Shown here: positions 22,383-32,623 of the stretch, piece by piece
How positions within the stretch are numbered: the first letter of the stretch is position 1
Layout of the letters: each line of letters opens with the position of its first letter
Source: Rubricoccaceae bacterium
GTDB taxonomy: Bacteria > Bacteroidota > Rhodothermia > Rhodothermales > Rubricoccaceae
Direction: 5' to 3'
NCBI GenBank assembly: GCA_963829985.1
Contig: CAWHKM010000006.1
Location: forward strand, 133,770-197,769
Length of the DNA stretch: 64,000 nt
The notes under the pieces: model-generated
What the model was told of the DNA's origin: nothing
The model's input: only the letters and a program-made list of their open reading frames with translations
Databases searched by the model: none
Made by a program: the position numbers and the translations under genes

Positions 22383-23126
22383 GTGGAGACGACCGCCGAC
22401 CCCGCCCCGGACGCACCCGCCGCCCGACCCTCCGAGCGCCCGCTCGTCGAGATGCGCGGCGTCGCCGTGGGCTACACGGACCCCGCGGGCGCCCGCGTCG
22501 AGGTCGCCTCGGACCTCACGCTGTCGCTCAGGCGCGGCGAGATGGCCTACCTCATCGGGCCGACGGGCTCCGGCAAGAGCACGCTCCTGAAGCTGCTCTA
22601 CATGGACCTCCGCCCCGAGTCCGGCACCGTCCGCGTCGGCTCCTTCGACTCGGAGACGGCCAAAGAGGCCGATGTGCCGTTTCTCCGGCGCAGTCTCGGC
22701 ATCGTCTTCCAGGACTTCCAGCTCCTTCCGGACCGCTCGGCCTACGACAACGTCGCCTTCGCGCTCTACGCGACCGGAAAGAGCGGCCGCGACGTCCGCG
22801 ACCGGACGATGGCCGCGCTCGCGCAGGTCGGCCTGAGCCACCGCGCCAAGGCGCGTCCGTCCGAGATGTCCGGCGGCGAGCAGCAGCGCGCCTGCATCGC
22901 CCGCGCCATCGCCAACGACCCCGTGCTCGTCCTCGCCGACGAGCCCACGGGCAACCTCGACCCGCGCGTCGCCGACGAGATCCAGAAGCTCCTCGTGCGC
23001 CTCAACCGCCAGGGCACCGCCTTCCTCATGGCGACCCACGACTACCGCCTCGTCAAGGCCTTCCCCGCGCGCACGCTCGCGCTCGTCCGCGGGCGCCTCG
23101 TCGAGGTCGACCCGGACTCTCTCTGA
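22383..23126 (+). CDS. ftsE: Cell-division ABC ATPase FtsE
   Basis: Tail of track ORF 21612..23126. It has Walker A GPTGSGKST, signature MSGGEQQR and Walker B VLVLADEPTGNLD. The start is GTG at 22383 or ATG at 22452. Confidence 0.85.
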   Translation: METTADPAPDAPAARPSERPLVEMRGVAVGYTDPAGARVEVASDLTLSLRRGEMAYLIGPTGSGKSTLLKLLYMDLRPESGTVRVGSFDSETAKEADVPFLRRSLGIVFQDFQLLPDRSAYDNVAFALYATGKSGRDVRDRTMAALAQVGLSHRAKARPSEMSGGEQQRACIARAIANDPVLVLADEPTGNLDPRVADEIQKLLVRLNRQGTAFLMATHDYRLVKAFPARTLALVRGRLVEVDPDSL

Positions 23127-23129
23127 TCC

Positions 23130-23769
23130 ATGCCCCGTCTCGTCCTCGCGCTCGTCGCCCTTCCCGTCCTGCTTGCCGCCTGCCGCACCGAGACGCCCGG
23201 CTCGGCCGTCCAGCCCGCCGACATCAAGGCCGCCCTCGACGCCTGCATGCAGGACCGCGTCGCCGAGGGCCTCGATGCGCCTCGACAGCCTCGCCGGCGC
23301 CCACCCCGGCAACGCCGACGTGCTCTCGATCCGCGGCCTGTGCCGCTCGGTCCGGTTCGCCAGCGACTCGGTGATGGCCGACGCGCGCTCCGCCTTCTCC
23401 GACCTCTCGGCCGCTGCCGCGCTCATCGAGGACCAGCCGGACGCGTTCCAGACCGACCTCGCCGGCCTCTACAACCGCCGCGCCTTCGTCGCCCAGGCGC
23501 TCCACCCGGACGACCCGGCGTCGGGCCTCGCCGACTTCGACCGCGCCGTCGCCAAGGACCCGCGCAACTCGGCGTTCGTCCTCGACCGCGGCGTCGCCCG
23601 GGCGATGGCCGGCGACACCGCCGCGGCGCGCGCCGACCTGCGCCAGTTCCAGGCCCTCGTGCCCGGGGACTCGCTCCGCGCCGCGACGCTCCGCAGCGTG
23701 ATCGCCGGCCGCCCTGCCGCCAGCGCCACCCCGTCCGATTCCGCCTTCACGCTCCCGCTCGCCCCGTGA
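23130..23769 (+). CDS. Hypothetical lipoprotein (TPR-like), with a 1-nt frameshift near 23270-23285 as sequenced
   Basis: Signal peptide plus lipobox MPRLVLALVALPVLLAAC lies in the frame of track ORF 23130... The remainder is in track ORF 23173..23769. The span is 1 mod 3. Confidence 0.45.
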
Positions 23770-24389
23770 CCACCGTCGTCGACCACCCGCTCCTCCAGCG
23801 TGCCCTCACACGCCTCCGCGACCGCGAGACGACGCACGGCGACTTCCGCCGGACGCTCAACGACGCCGCGGCCATCCTCGCCTACGAGGCGCTCCGCTCC
23901 CTCCCCGTCGAGCCGCTCGCCGTGCGGACGCCGCTCGAGGAGACCGAGGGCGTCCACCTCGCCCGCGAGGTCGTGGTGGTGCCCGTCCTCCGCGCCGGCC
24001 TCGGCCTCGTCGACGGCTTCGTCCGCTTCGTGCCCGAGGCGCGCGTCGGGCACCTCGGCATGTACCGCGACGAGCAGACGCACGACCCGGTCGACTACTA
24101 CTCGAACGTGCCGACGGCCGTCCGCGAGGCGCGCGTGTTCGTCCTCGACCCGATGCTCGCGACGGGCGGCTCGGCCGCCGGCGCCATCAACCACCTCAAG
24201 CGCCGCGGCGCCAAAGACATCACGTTCGTCTGCGTCGTCGCCGCGCCCGAGGGCATCGCACGCCTCGCCGAGTACCACCCCGACGTCGACGTGTTCACGG
24301 CCGCCGTGGACCGGACGCTCGACGAGAACGCCTTCATCCGGCCCGGCCTCGGCGACGCCGGCGACCGCATCTTCGGCACCTCGCCGTGA
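23766..24389 (+). CDS. upp: Uracil phosphoribosyltransferase
   Basis: GTG at 23766 overlaps the upstream stop. PRPP loop VFVLDPMLATGGSA and C-terminal GLGDAGDRIFGT are present. Confidence 0.9.
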   Translation: MTTVVDHPLLQRALTRLRDRETTHGDFRRTLNDAAAILAYEALRSLPVEPLAVRTPLEETEGVHLAREVVVVPVLRAGLGLVDGFVRFVPEARVGHLGMYRDEQTHDPVDYYSNVPTAVREARVFVLDPMLATGGSAAGAINHLKRRGAKDITFVCVVAAPEGIARLAEYHPDVDVFTAAVDRTLDENAFIRPGLGDAGDRIFGTSP

Positions 24390-25117
24390 TTGATCCCTCC
24401 TTCGGCGTCCTCCACGTCGACAACCACCTGCTCGTTGTCGACAAGCCCGCCGGGATGCTCGCGCAGGGCGACGCGACGGGCGACGCCGACCTCGTGACGC
24501 TCGCGAAGGCGTACCTCAAGGAGCGCTTCGAGCGCCCCGGCAACGTCTTCGCCGGGCTCGTGCACCGCCTCGACCGGCCCGTCTCGGGCGTCATCGTGCT
24601 GGCGCGCACGTCCAAGGCCGCGGCGCGCCTCTCGGAGCAGTTTGCCGGCCGCAGCGTCGAGAAGCGCTACCTCGCCGTCGTCGAAGGCCGCCTCGAGGGC
24701 GGCGGCGAGCAGGTCGACTGGCTCCTGAAAGGGGAGAAGGGGACCGTGAAGCGGGTCCGCGAGGGCACGACCGATGCGAAGCGGGCGGAACTGCGGTGGG
24801 AGGCGCTCGCCATCGAGGGCCGGCGGACGCTCGTCGGTGTGGAGCTGCTCACGGGCCGGCCGCACCAGATCCGCGTCCAACTCGCCGGCCTCGGCGCGCC
24901 CATCGTGGGCGACCTGCGCTACGGCGCGCCCGCGGCGCTCGGCAACGGCCGCGGCATCGCGCTCCACGCCACGCGCCTCACCATCGAGCACCCGACGACG
25001 CGCGACCGCCTCACCTTCTCCTCGCCCCCGCCGTGGAGCGGCCTGTTCGACGAGGCCGTCCGGCGCACGACGCGCGGCAGCACGACGCGCGGGAGCATGA
25101 CGCGCAGGCGGGCGTAG
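24386..25117 (+). CDS. RluA-family RNA pseudouridine synthase
   Basis: Track ORF of 243 aa. It has the catalytic motif HRLDRPVSGVIVLART and GRPHQIRVQLA. The GTG start overlaps the upp stop. Confidence 0.85.
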   Translation: MIDPSFGVLHVDNHLLVVDKPAGMLAQGDATGDADLVTLAKAYLKERFERPGNVFAGLVHRLDRPVSGVIVLARTSKAAARLSEQFAGRSVEKRYLAVVEGRLEGGGEQVDWLLKGEKGTVKRVREGTTDAKRAELRWEALAIEGRRTLVGVELLTGRPHQIRVQLAGLGAPIVGDLRYGAPAALGNGRGIALHATRLTIEHPTTRDRLTFSSPPPWSGLFDEAVRRTTRGSTTRGSMTRRRA

Positions 25118-25140
25118 AGCGGGACACTTCTCTTCCCGCT

Positions 25141-25633
25141 ATGTCCCCCGACACTGCACGCCCGACCGTCTCCGCCTCGGGCTTCGACCTCACGCCGCTG
25201 CGCGGCGACGCCCGCGAGGCCGCTGCCGACCAGGCCGGCCTCTCCGATGAGGAGCGCCACGTGCTCCTCGATCACGGCACCGAGCGCCCCGGCTGCGGCC
25301 TGCTGCTCCACAACAAGGAGGAGGGCCTCTACGCCTGCCGCCTCTGCGGGCTGCCGCTGTTCGAGTCCGGCTCCAAGTTCGAGTCCGGCACCGGCTGGCC
25401 GAGCTTTTTCCAGCCGGTCGACCCGGACCACGTCTCGGACCTGCGCGACGTGAGCTACGGCATGGTCCGCATCGAGAACCGCTGCGCGCGCTGCGACAGC
25501 CACCTCGGCCACGTTTTCCCGGACGGCCCGCCGCCCGACGGGCAAGCGCTACTGCATGAACTCGGCCTCGCTCGAGTTTTTTACGCCCGGCGTGACGCCG
25601 CCGCAGCGCACGGCCGAGCATCCGACCGTCTGA
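25141..25633 (+). CDS. msrB: Peptide-methionine (R)-S-oxide reductase, with a 1-nt insertion at about 25541 as sequenced
   Basis: SelR motifs are present: CRLCGLPLF, GWPSFF, RCARCDSHLGHVF. The conserved C-terminus KRYCMNSASLEFF appears only after removing one G from GACGGGCAAG. Confidence 0.85.
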
Positions 25634-25787
25634 CGACGACCTCCGGCTTGACCCGTCGGTCGCGATAGCCGCTGCGGCGGCGGGCGCGCATTTCCCCCGC
25701 ACGGGGGATTCGCTGTTTGCTCGGGGGGGCGTACCATCTGTGAGGCGCTCCACACCGCGGGCGCCACGAGACCAATCCCCCTGAGCC

Positions 25788-26186
25788 ATGACCTCCCGTC
25801 GTCTCCGCGGCCTCGCGCTGCCCGCTGTCCTCCTCGTCTCCGTCGCTCTGCTCCAGGGCTGCTCGATGGGGCAGCGCTACATGCCTGGCAACTCGGGCTC
25901 CTCCGGCAACGTCGCCGCCGGCTCTGCACGCCTCGACGTCCAGAACAACTCGGGCCAGTCCGTTTACTCGATGGAAGCGTCCTCCTGCTCGGACTCCAAC
26001 TGGGGTCCGGACCGCCTCGGGACGAGCGTCATCAGCTCGGGCCGCTCGATGAGCTTCGACCTCACGCCCGGCTGCTGGGACTTCCGCGCCGACTTCGACT
26101 CGAACCACTCGAGCGGCAACGAACTCGTTCAGCGCAACATCCAGATCGGCAGCGGAAGCTCGTGGACGTGGACCATCGGCGGCTGA
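25788..26186 (+). CDS. Hypothetical lipoprotein (Ser/Asn/Gly-rich)
   Basis: Track ORF of 132 aa with lipobox LLQGCS. No family was recognised. Confidence 0.55.
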   Translation: MTSRRLRGLALPAVLLVSVALLQGCSMGQRYMPGNSGSSGNVAAGSARLDVQNNSGQSVYSMEASSCSDSNWGPDRLGTSVISSGRSMSFDLTPGCWDFRADFDSNHSSGNELVQRNIQIGSGSSWTWTIGG

Positions 26187-26210
26187 TCTGCCCCGGGCAC
26201 CCACCGCGGC

Positions 26211-26248
26211 GGCGGGGCGAGCACGTGCTCGCCCCGCCGCTCGTGTTT
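26211..26248 (+). terminator. Perfect 28-bp palindrome with a weak T-tract after the lipoprotein gene
   Basis: GGCGGGGCGAGCAC (26211-26224) pairs with GTGCTCGCCCCGCC (26225-26238), followed by GCTCGTGTTTCG. Confidence 0.45.
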
Positions 26249-26394
26249 CGAGGCAGGTGCGCCCTTCCGATCTACCGGGCGTCTCCGAAACAGAAGGCGG
26301 TTCCGGCACACCGATTTGTCCGCTGCCGGTTGAGAACACGGCCCGAGGCGATAGATTGAGCGCACGCGGCCTCGTCCCCCCAGCCCGCGTCCCC

Positions 26395-27738
26395 ATGCCC
26401 GACATCCCCCCGGTCGGCGATCCCGCACCGGTCCGCCTGCTCGTCGCGGGCGACCTGCACCTTGGCCGCGCGCCCGCGCGCGTGCCCTCCGGCGAGGCGG
26501 CGCTCATGCCCGCCTCCGTCTTCTCCGCCGCCGCCGACGCGGCGCTGGCCCGCGGCGCCGATGCGCTCGTGCTCACCGGCGACCTCGCCGACGCGAGCAA
26601 CCGCCACTTCGAGGCCTTCGGCAGCCTCGAGCGCGTCTTCCGCCGCCTCGCCGACGCCGGGATGCCCGTCTTCCTCGTCGCCGGCGACCAGGATTTCGAC
26701 GTGGCCCCGGCCGTCGCAGACCTTGTCGCGTCGCCGCTCGTGCGCCTGCTCGGGCGCGGGCAGACGTGGAGCGAGGCACCGCTGCTGCGCGACGGCCGCG
26801 AGGTGCTCCGCTTTGTCGGCTGGTCCTTCGCCGGCCCGCAGGCCCTCGAATCCCCGCTCGCGACGTTCCCTGCGGACGCGCCGCTGCCGCCGGTCCCACT
26901 CGTCGGCGTGATGCACGCGGACGTCGACGTACCGGGCAGCCGGCTCGCGCCCGTCACCCTCGACAGTCTGCGCGCGGCACCCGTCGCGGCGTGGCTCCTG
27001 GGCGGCTCGCACGACGCGCTGACGATCCCGGGCGACGAGACGGCGCCGCTCGTCGTCTCTCCGGGCACGCTGCAGGCGATGGGGCCGGACGCACCGGGCG
27101 TCCACGGCGCGGCCCTCGTGACCGTGTTCTCGGACGGCCACGCCGTGTCCGAGGCCGTCCCGCTCGCGACCGTCCACTACGCGACGGTCGAGGTCGACCT
27201 CTCCGAGGCGCAGGACGGCGGAGCGGCCCGCGCCCTCGCCGCGGCCGCCCTGCGCGAGCACGCAGCGGCCGTCCGCGACGCCTCGCCCGCCGTCCTCCGC
27301 GCCGTCACGACGGTCAGGCTCACTGGCCGAACACCCGCCTTCGCAGACGTCGACGCGCTCGCGTCCGAGCTTCGCACCGACGGCGACCTGCCGCACGCGG
27401 GCCTCACGGTGAGCATCGACCGCGTCGAGGTCGAGGCGGCGCCCCTGCTGGACCTCGGGCGCCTCGCCGCCGGCTCCGGCGCCGTCGCGACGCTCGCGCG
27501 CCTCTCGGCGCGCCTCGGCACGGGCGGCGCGCTCGACGAGGCCGCGCTCGACGCGTCCGACCGCGCGCTCCTCGGCCGCGCCGAGCAGGCCGTGAGCGCC
27601 GCCCGCACGGCGCGCGTCTTCGAGCCCCTCGGCGCGGACGGCCGCCTCGCCGGCGACGTCCGCACCGAAGCTGTCTCGCGACTGCGCCGGCAGGTGTCCC
27701 GGCTTCTCGACACGGCGATCGCTCAGAACGACGACTGA
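26395..27738 (+). CDS. Metallophosphoesterase, SbcD/Mre11-like (YhaO type)
   Basis: Tail of track ORF 26257..27738, with the ATG at 26395. Calcineurin-fold motifs I (AGDLHLG) and II (LTGDLAD) are present. Motif III reads AGDQD instead of GNHD/E. Confidence 0.7.
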   Translation: MPDIPPVGDPAPVRLLVAGDLHLGRAPARVPSGEAALMPASVFSAAADAALARGADALVLTGDLADASNRHFEAFGSLERVFRRLADAGMPVFLVAGDQDFDVAPAVADLVASPLVRLLGRGQTWSEAPLLRDGREVLRFVGWSFAGPQALESPLATFPADAPLPPVPLVGVMHADVDVPGSRLAPVTLDSLRAAPVAAWLLGGSHDALTIPGDETAPLVVSPGTLQAMGPDAPGVHGAALVTVFSDGHAVSEAVPLATVHYATVEVDLSEAQDGGAARALAAAALREHAAAVRDASPAVLRAVTTVRLTGRTPAFADVDALASELRTDGDLPHAGLTVSIDRVEVEAAPLLDLGRLAAGSGAVATLARLSARLGTGGALDEAALDASDRALLGRAEQAVSAARTARVFEPLGADGRLAGDVRTEAVSRLRRQVSRLLDTAIAQNDD

Positions 27739-27807
27739 CCATGCGGTTTAAGGGTGACCGTCGGATGTTGGGAGCGACACACCTTAGGCCTCAAACCACC
27801 CCGCATC

Positions 27808-30800
27808 ATGGATCGCCTCGACATTGACCGCCTCTCGATCCGCTCGTTCTACGGAGCGCCGCAGACGGGCCTGAGCGTCGCGCTCGGGCCAGGCCTGAAC
27901 GTCGTCGTCGGCCCCAACGGGCAGGGCAAGACGACGCTCGCGCGCGCGCTCCACGGCGCGCTCTGGCCCGAGACGATCCGCCCGTACCGCCCGAGCTACG
28001 CCGCCCACTTTACGGTCGGGAGCGAGGCGTGGGACGTGGCCGTCGAGGCCGGCGAGGCGCGCTACGCCCGCGACGGCGTCGCGACGGACCGGCTGGCGCT
28101 GCCGGACGCGTCGTACCGCAGCCGCTACCTCATGTCGCTGAGCGACCTCGTGGTCGACGACGGGCAGGACTTCGCCGACGCCGTGCGCCGCGACGCCTCG
28201 GGCGGCGTGGACCTCTCGGCCGCGCGCGCCGCGCTGGCCTACCGCTCGACCGCTCCGCGGACGCTCGACACGGCACGCCGCGCCCAGGAAGCCGCCGCCG
28301 ACGTGCGCCGCCGGCGCTCGTCGCAGGCCGCGCTGCGGACCGAGGCCGAGGCGCTGCCGGCGCTGGTCGCTCGGGGTGAGGACGCCGCGGAGGCTGCGGC
28401 TGCAGCCGAGATGCTGGACCTGCTCGAGCGCCGCGCCGACGCCCACGCCCGCGCAGTCGAGGCCGCGCGCCACGCCGCGGCGTTCCCGGCGCCGATGGAA
28501 AACGTCGCCCGCGACACCAAGGCGCGCTACGACGTCCTCGCTGAAGCAGTCCGGAGGACGGAAGACGCGCTCGCGGTCGCCCGCCGCGACGCTGCCGAGC
28601 ACGCCCAGGCACTGCTCGGCCACCCGTGGGCGGCGTCCGACGCGCCGAGCCCGGCCGAACTCGCCGCCCGCGCCCGCGCCCTCGACGAGGCCACGCGCGG
28701 CGTCGCCGACGCCACACGCGCCGAGGCGACGGCGGCCGCCCACGCCGCGCACGTCGCCGACACGGTCCGCGCCGCGGGCGCCCCGGAGGGCCTCGCCGTC
28801 GGCGCCGATGCCCTGAACCGGGTCGCGGATCTCGCGACGGAGGCTGGCGCCGCGCGCGCCGCGGCAGCCGAGATGACGGCCCGCAGCCAGGTTCTCCGCG
28901 CGCACCACAAGCGCATCCAGCCGCAGGACCCCGAGGCGCTCCGGTCGGGCATCGAGGCGCTCCGCACGTGGCTCGCCTACACGACCGATGCCGAGCCGGC
29001 CAAGCCCGTCCTCACGCCGGCGCCGGTCTGGGTCGTCGCCGGCGTTCTCGCCGTCATCGCGCTCGCGGTCGGCATCGTGGCAGACCTCTGGGCGCTGCTG
29101 CTGCTCGCTCGGCCCGGCCGCGCTCGCGTGGGTCGCGTTCACGCTCGGCCGCGTCCCGGCGGCGTCGGAGAGCCCGGCGGGCCGCGCCCGCGAGGCGTAC
29201 GGCCTGCTGCGCCTCGACGCGCCGGACGACTGGACGCCGGGCCTCGTCGAGCCGCGCTTGCAAGAGCTCGAGCGGCAGGCGGCGAGCCAGGACGCGCGGC
29301 GCCTGTGGCGGGAGCGCATCGCCGAGGTCGACCGCTCCGTCACCGAACTGAAGGAGGCTGTAAAGGCCATCGAGGCGCGGGAGGCAGCCCTCTCGACGGA
29401 GCTCGGCCTGCGCATCCCGCGCGGCGCCGAGGGCCTGCTCGTCCTCGCGCACCAGGTTGTCGCGTTCCACGCTGCCGCGGCGACGCGCGCCGCGGCCGAG
29501 GGCGAGCGCCAGCACGCCGAGACGGTCCGCGATGCGGCCCTCGCCGCTGTTCAGACGCTCTTGAAGGGCGTCCCACTCGCCCCGCCCGCCGACGCCGCCG
29601 GGGCGGCGGCGGCCGTCACGACGGTCGCCCAGGGCGTCGCCGCGCGCGACGGCCTGCGCCGCGCCTCGGCCGTCGCCAACTCGGAGGTCGACGCTGCTGC
29701 CGCTGCGCACACCGCCTCGACCGAGGCGCTCGCCGCCTTCCTCGCGCCGCTCGGGCTCGACCGGCCCGACCCGCCGGCCGTCGCCCGCCTGTGCGACGCC
29801 TTCGAGGCCTACCACGAGGCGCGGACGGCCTCGTCCACGGCCGCCGCGCTGGCAGACGAGGCGGACCGCCGCGCCCGCGCCCACCCGGCGTTCGACAGGG
29901 CGCTGCTGTCGCTCTCGGCGGGCGAGATCGCGCTCCGCCGCGACGCCGCGCGCCTCGTCGCCGCGGGACGCGACGGCCACCTCGACGCGACGGCCCGCCT
30001 CCGCGAGCGGATCGACCAGGCCCGCGCCGACAACGCCCTCTCGACGTCTGCCACGCGCCACCAGACCGCCCTCGACGCGCTCGAGGACGACTACGGCGTG
30101 GCCGCCGACGCGCTTGTCGGTGACGCGCTCGCGGGCTTCGTCGAGGACGACACGCGCGACCAGCACCTGCCGCGCGTCTTCCAGCGCGCCCGCGCCCACC
30201 TTGCCGGGATCACGGCCGACCGCTACCGCCTCGACTTCGACGCCGCGACGGGCGCCTTCCGGGCGTTCGACACGTCGACGGAGCGCAGCCTCGCGCTCGA
30301 CGCGCTCTCCTCCGGCACGCGCCTGCAGCTGCTGCTCGCCGTCCGCCTCGCCTTCGCCGAGACGCAGGAGGTTGGCTTCCGCCTGCCTGTCCTCATCGAC
30401 GAGGCCCTCGCGACGAGCGACGGCGACCGCGCCTCGGCCGTCATCGAAGCCGTCCTGGGCGTCTGCGCCGGTCAGGGCGACGCCGACGGTCGGCAGGTCG
30501 TCGTGTTCACGTCGCAGGCCGAGGAGGCCGCGCGGTGGGTTCGCCACGCCGAACACCACGCGGACCTCGAGTGCCGCGTCATCGCGCTTCCGGGCCTTCC
30601 GGGCGCGCCGGCCGACCTCACCGCGTCGCCGGCGACCGAGACGACGCGCGCCGTCGTAGACCCTGCCGGCCACACGGCCGAGTCCTACGCCCGCGCGACC
30701 CACGCCGCGCCGTGGACCGCCCGCGATCCGCTCGCGGCGCTCCCGGTGGCGCTCCTGCTCGACCCCGAGGCCGCGCACGCGTGCCTCCGCGCCGGATTCG

Positions 30801-31345
30801 ACACGTGGGGCCCGCTCCGCGCGGCGCTGCGCCGCGGCTCGGCGTCGGGCGTCCCGCTCTCGGAGCCCGAGACGCGCCGCCTGCTCGCCCGCATCGCCGC
30901 CGTAGACGCGTGGCAGCAGGCGTGGCTGCTCGGCCGCGGCCGCCCCGTCGACCGCGACGCGCTCCTCGCCTCGGGCCTCGTCGGGCCGACGTTCCTCGCG
31001 GACCTCAGCGGTCTCGCCGAAGACGTCTCGGGCGACGCCCGCGCCTTTCTCGAGACGCTTCGCACGAGCCCGCCCAGCCACTTCCGCCGCGCCCGCGTCG
31101 ACGACCTCGAGGCATTCCTCGTCGGCCAGGGCTTCCTGCCCTCTGGCACGCCGCTCTCAGACGCCGACCTGCGCGCCGCCATCGCCGCGGCCACGACCTC
31201 CGAGGCGCTCGACGACGCCCTGGCCACCCTCGCGCGGATCCGGACGCACGCCGAGGCGCTCGCCGCCGCGCACGCCGCCCGCCCGTCCGGCGACGGCCAC
31301 GCCCGAACCGCCGGGCTGCTCCGTCCGGCCGAAGACGGCGCGTAG
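27808..31345 (+). CDS. SMC/SbcC-like AAA ATPase (YhaN type) with central TM pair, and a 1-nt frameshift near 29108 as sequenced
   Basis: ATG at 27808 (MDRLDIDRLSI). Walker A GPNGQGKTT is followed by a long Ala/Arg/Glu-rich helical region, then two hydrophobic helices spanning the frame junction. The second piece is in track ORF 28988..31345, with signature LSSGTRLQLLLAVRLA and Walker B LPVLIDEAL. Confidence 0.7.
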
Positions 31346-31709
31346 AAGCAGCCGCACGCCTCTACCGGGCCCTCCCTGTCCAAGGGAGACGCAATCGGTC
31401 CAGACGATTGAGGCGTCGGGATCCGCCGGACGTTTGACCCTGATCGGGTGCGTGTCGTTGCGTTGCCTGGACGCGTGGAAGGTCTTGGGGACCGCGTGCT
31501 GGGCGCCACTGTCTGAGGGGAGCGCTCCGGGTCGTCCCGCCGACACCGTGCGGCTTAAACACGGCACTCTGATGGCTACTGCGTCCACGGTCACGTCGTC
31601 GAGGTGCTGTGGGGCGGGAAGACCCTGAATCTTGTGCGGCGCTGAGACAAACGCCAGCACGTGCTCGTTGCTGACTCCTTCAGCCCGTCCACATCGCCCT
31701 GAGTCAACC

Positions 31710-32222
31710 GTGCGCCTCGCCCTGCTTCTCGCCTCCGTTCTGATTGCCGGCTGTATGCCCGGCTCGGCGCCGCTCACGCCCCTCGCGCCCGCGCCCGTCT
31801 TCCGCCCCGAGGCCTTCTTCGACGGCCCGAGCCATGGCGACCCGGTCCTGAAAATCCGGACTAAAGCGCCGCAGCAGCTTCATGTCCGGAGCACCGGCAC
31901 GCCGCAGGCGGACGGCACCTTCCGCCTCGAGCAGGCGATCTCCTACCCGGACGGCCACGCCAACACGCGGACGTGGATCATGCAGCCGCTCGGTGGCGGC
32001 CGCTACTCCGCGACACTCACGCCCGACGCGACGGGGCCCGTCGAGGCCTATACCGAGGGCAACCGGTTCCACATCCGCTACCCGATGGGCCGCATGACGA
32101 CGATGGAGCAGACGCTCGCGCTGCACGCGGATGGGCAGGTCGCGGACAACGTGGCGACGGTCCGGATACTGGGCGTCGTCATCGCCCGGATCACCGAGAC
32201 GATCACGCGCGGCGCCGAGTAG
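31710..32222 (+). CDS. DUF3833-like lipoprotein
   Basis: GTG at 31710 within track ORF 31632..32222, with lipobox VLIAGC. The family call is from memory (FFDG ... G ... RTW pattern). Confidence 0.5.
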   Translation: MRLALLLASVLIAGCMPGSAPLTPLAPAPVFRPEAFFDGPSHGDPVLKIRTKAPQQLHVRSTGTPQADGTFRLEQAISYPDGHANTRTWIMQPLGGGRYSATLTPDATGPVEAYTEGNRFHIRYPMGRMTTMEQTLALHADGQVADNVATVRILGVVIARITETITRGAE

Positions 32223-32555
32223 CTACCTCTCTGAGGCGAGGCTGTCCGAGATGCGGGCGAGCGTCGCGTCGATCTGGGGCTGGAGCGCGGCGCACGCCGT
32301 CTCGGCCGTGTTCTGCCAGAGCATCGCCTCGGCCTCGCGGCCGGCCTGCTTGTACAACTCTGCCGCGTTCGTCGCCGCGGCGCACGAGGCGCTCCCATCG
32401 GCCGATGCCACCGCGGTCTGATACGCGGCAACCGACGAATCCGCGAAGGCGATGGTGCGTGCCGTCGAGTCGGCGGCCGCCGCGGCGGGGGCGGTGGAGT
32501 CGCCGGTGCAGGCCGAGACGGACAGGGCGAGGGCGAGCAGGGAGAAGCGGGTCAT
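32223..32555 (-). CDS. Hypothetical lipoprotein
   Basis: Track ORF of 110 aa. Signal peptide plus lipobox LALSVSAC. Confidence 0.5.
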   Translation of the reverse strand: MTRFSLLALALSVSACTGDSTAPAAAAADSTARTIAFADSSVAAYQTAVASADGSASCAAATNAAELYKQAGREAEAMLWQNTAETACAALQPQIDATLARISDSLASER

Positions 32556-32623
32556 CAGGCGTCGGGGTCAGGACGGGCGCAGAGGCGCGCTGCCAGCGCG
32601 TCTCGGCACAGTGCACGAGAAGT

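Noticed and set aside
25055-25117. Short direct repeat (ACGACGCGCGG-type) at the 3' end of the RluA-family gene, encoding RTTRGSTTRGSMTRR
   Set aside because: It is a small in-frame low-complexity basic tail with no structure beyond about 2.5 copies. It was judged unremarkable.
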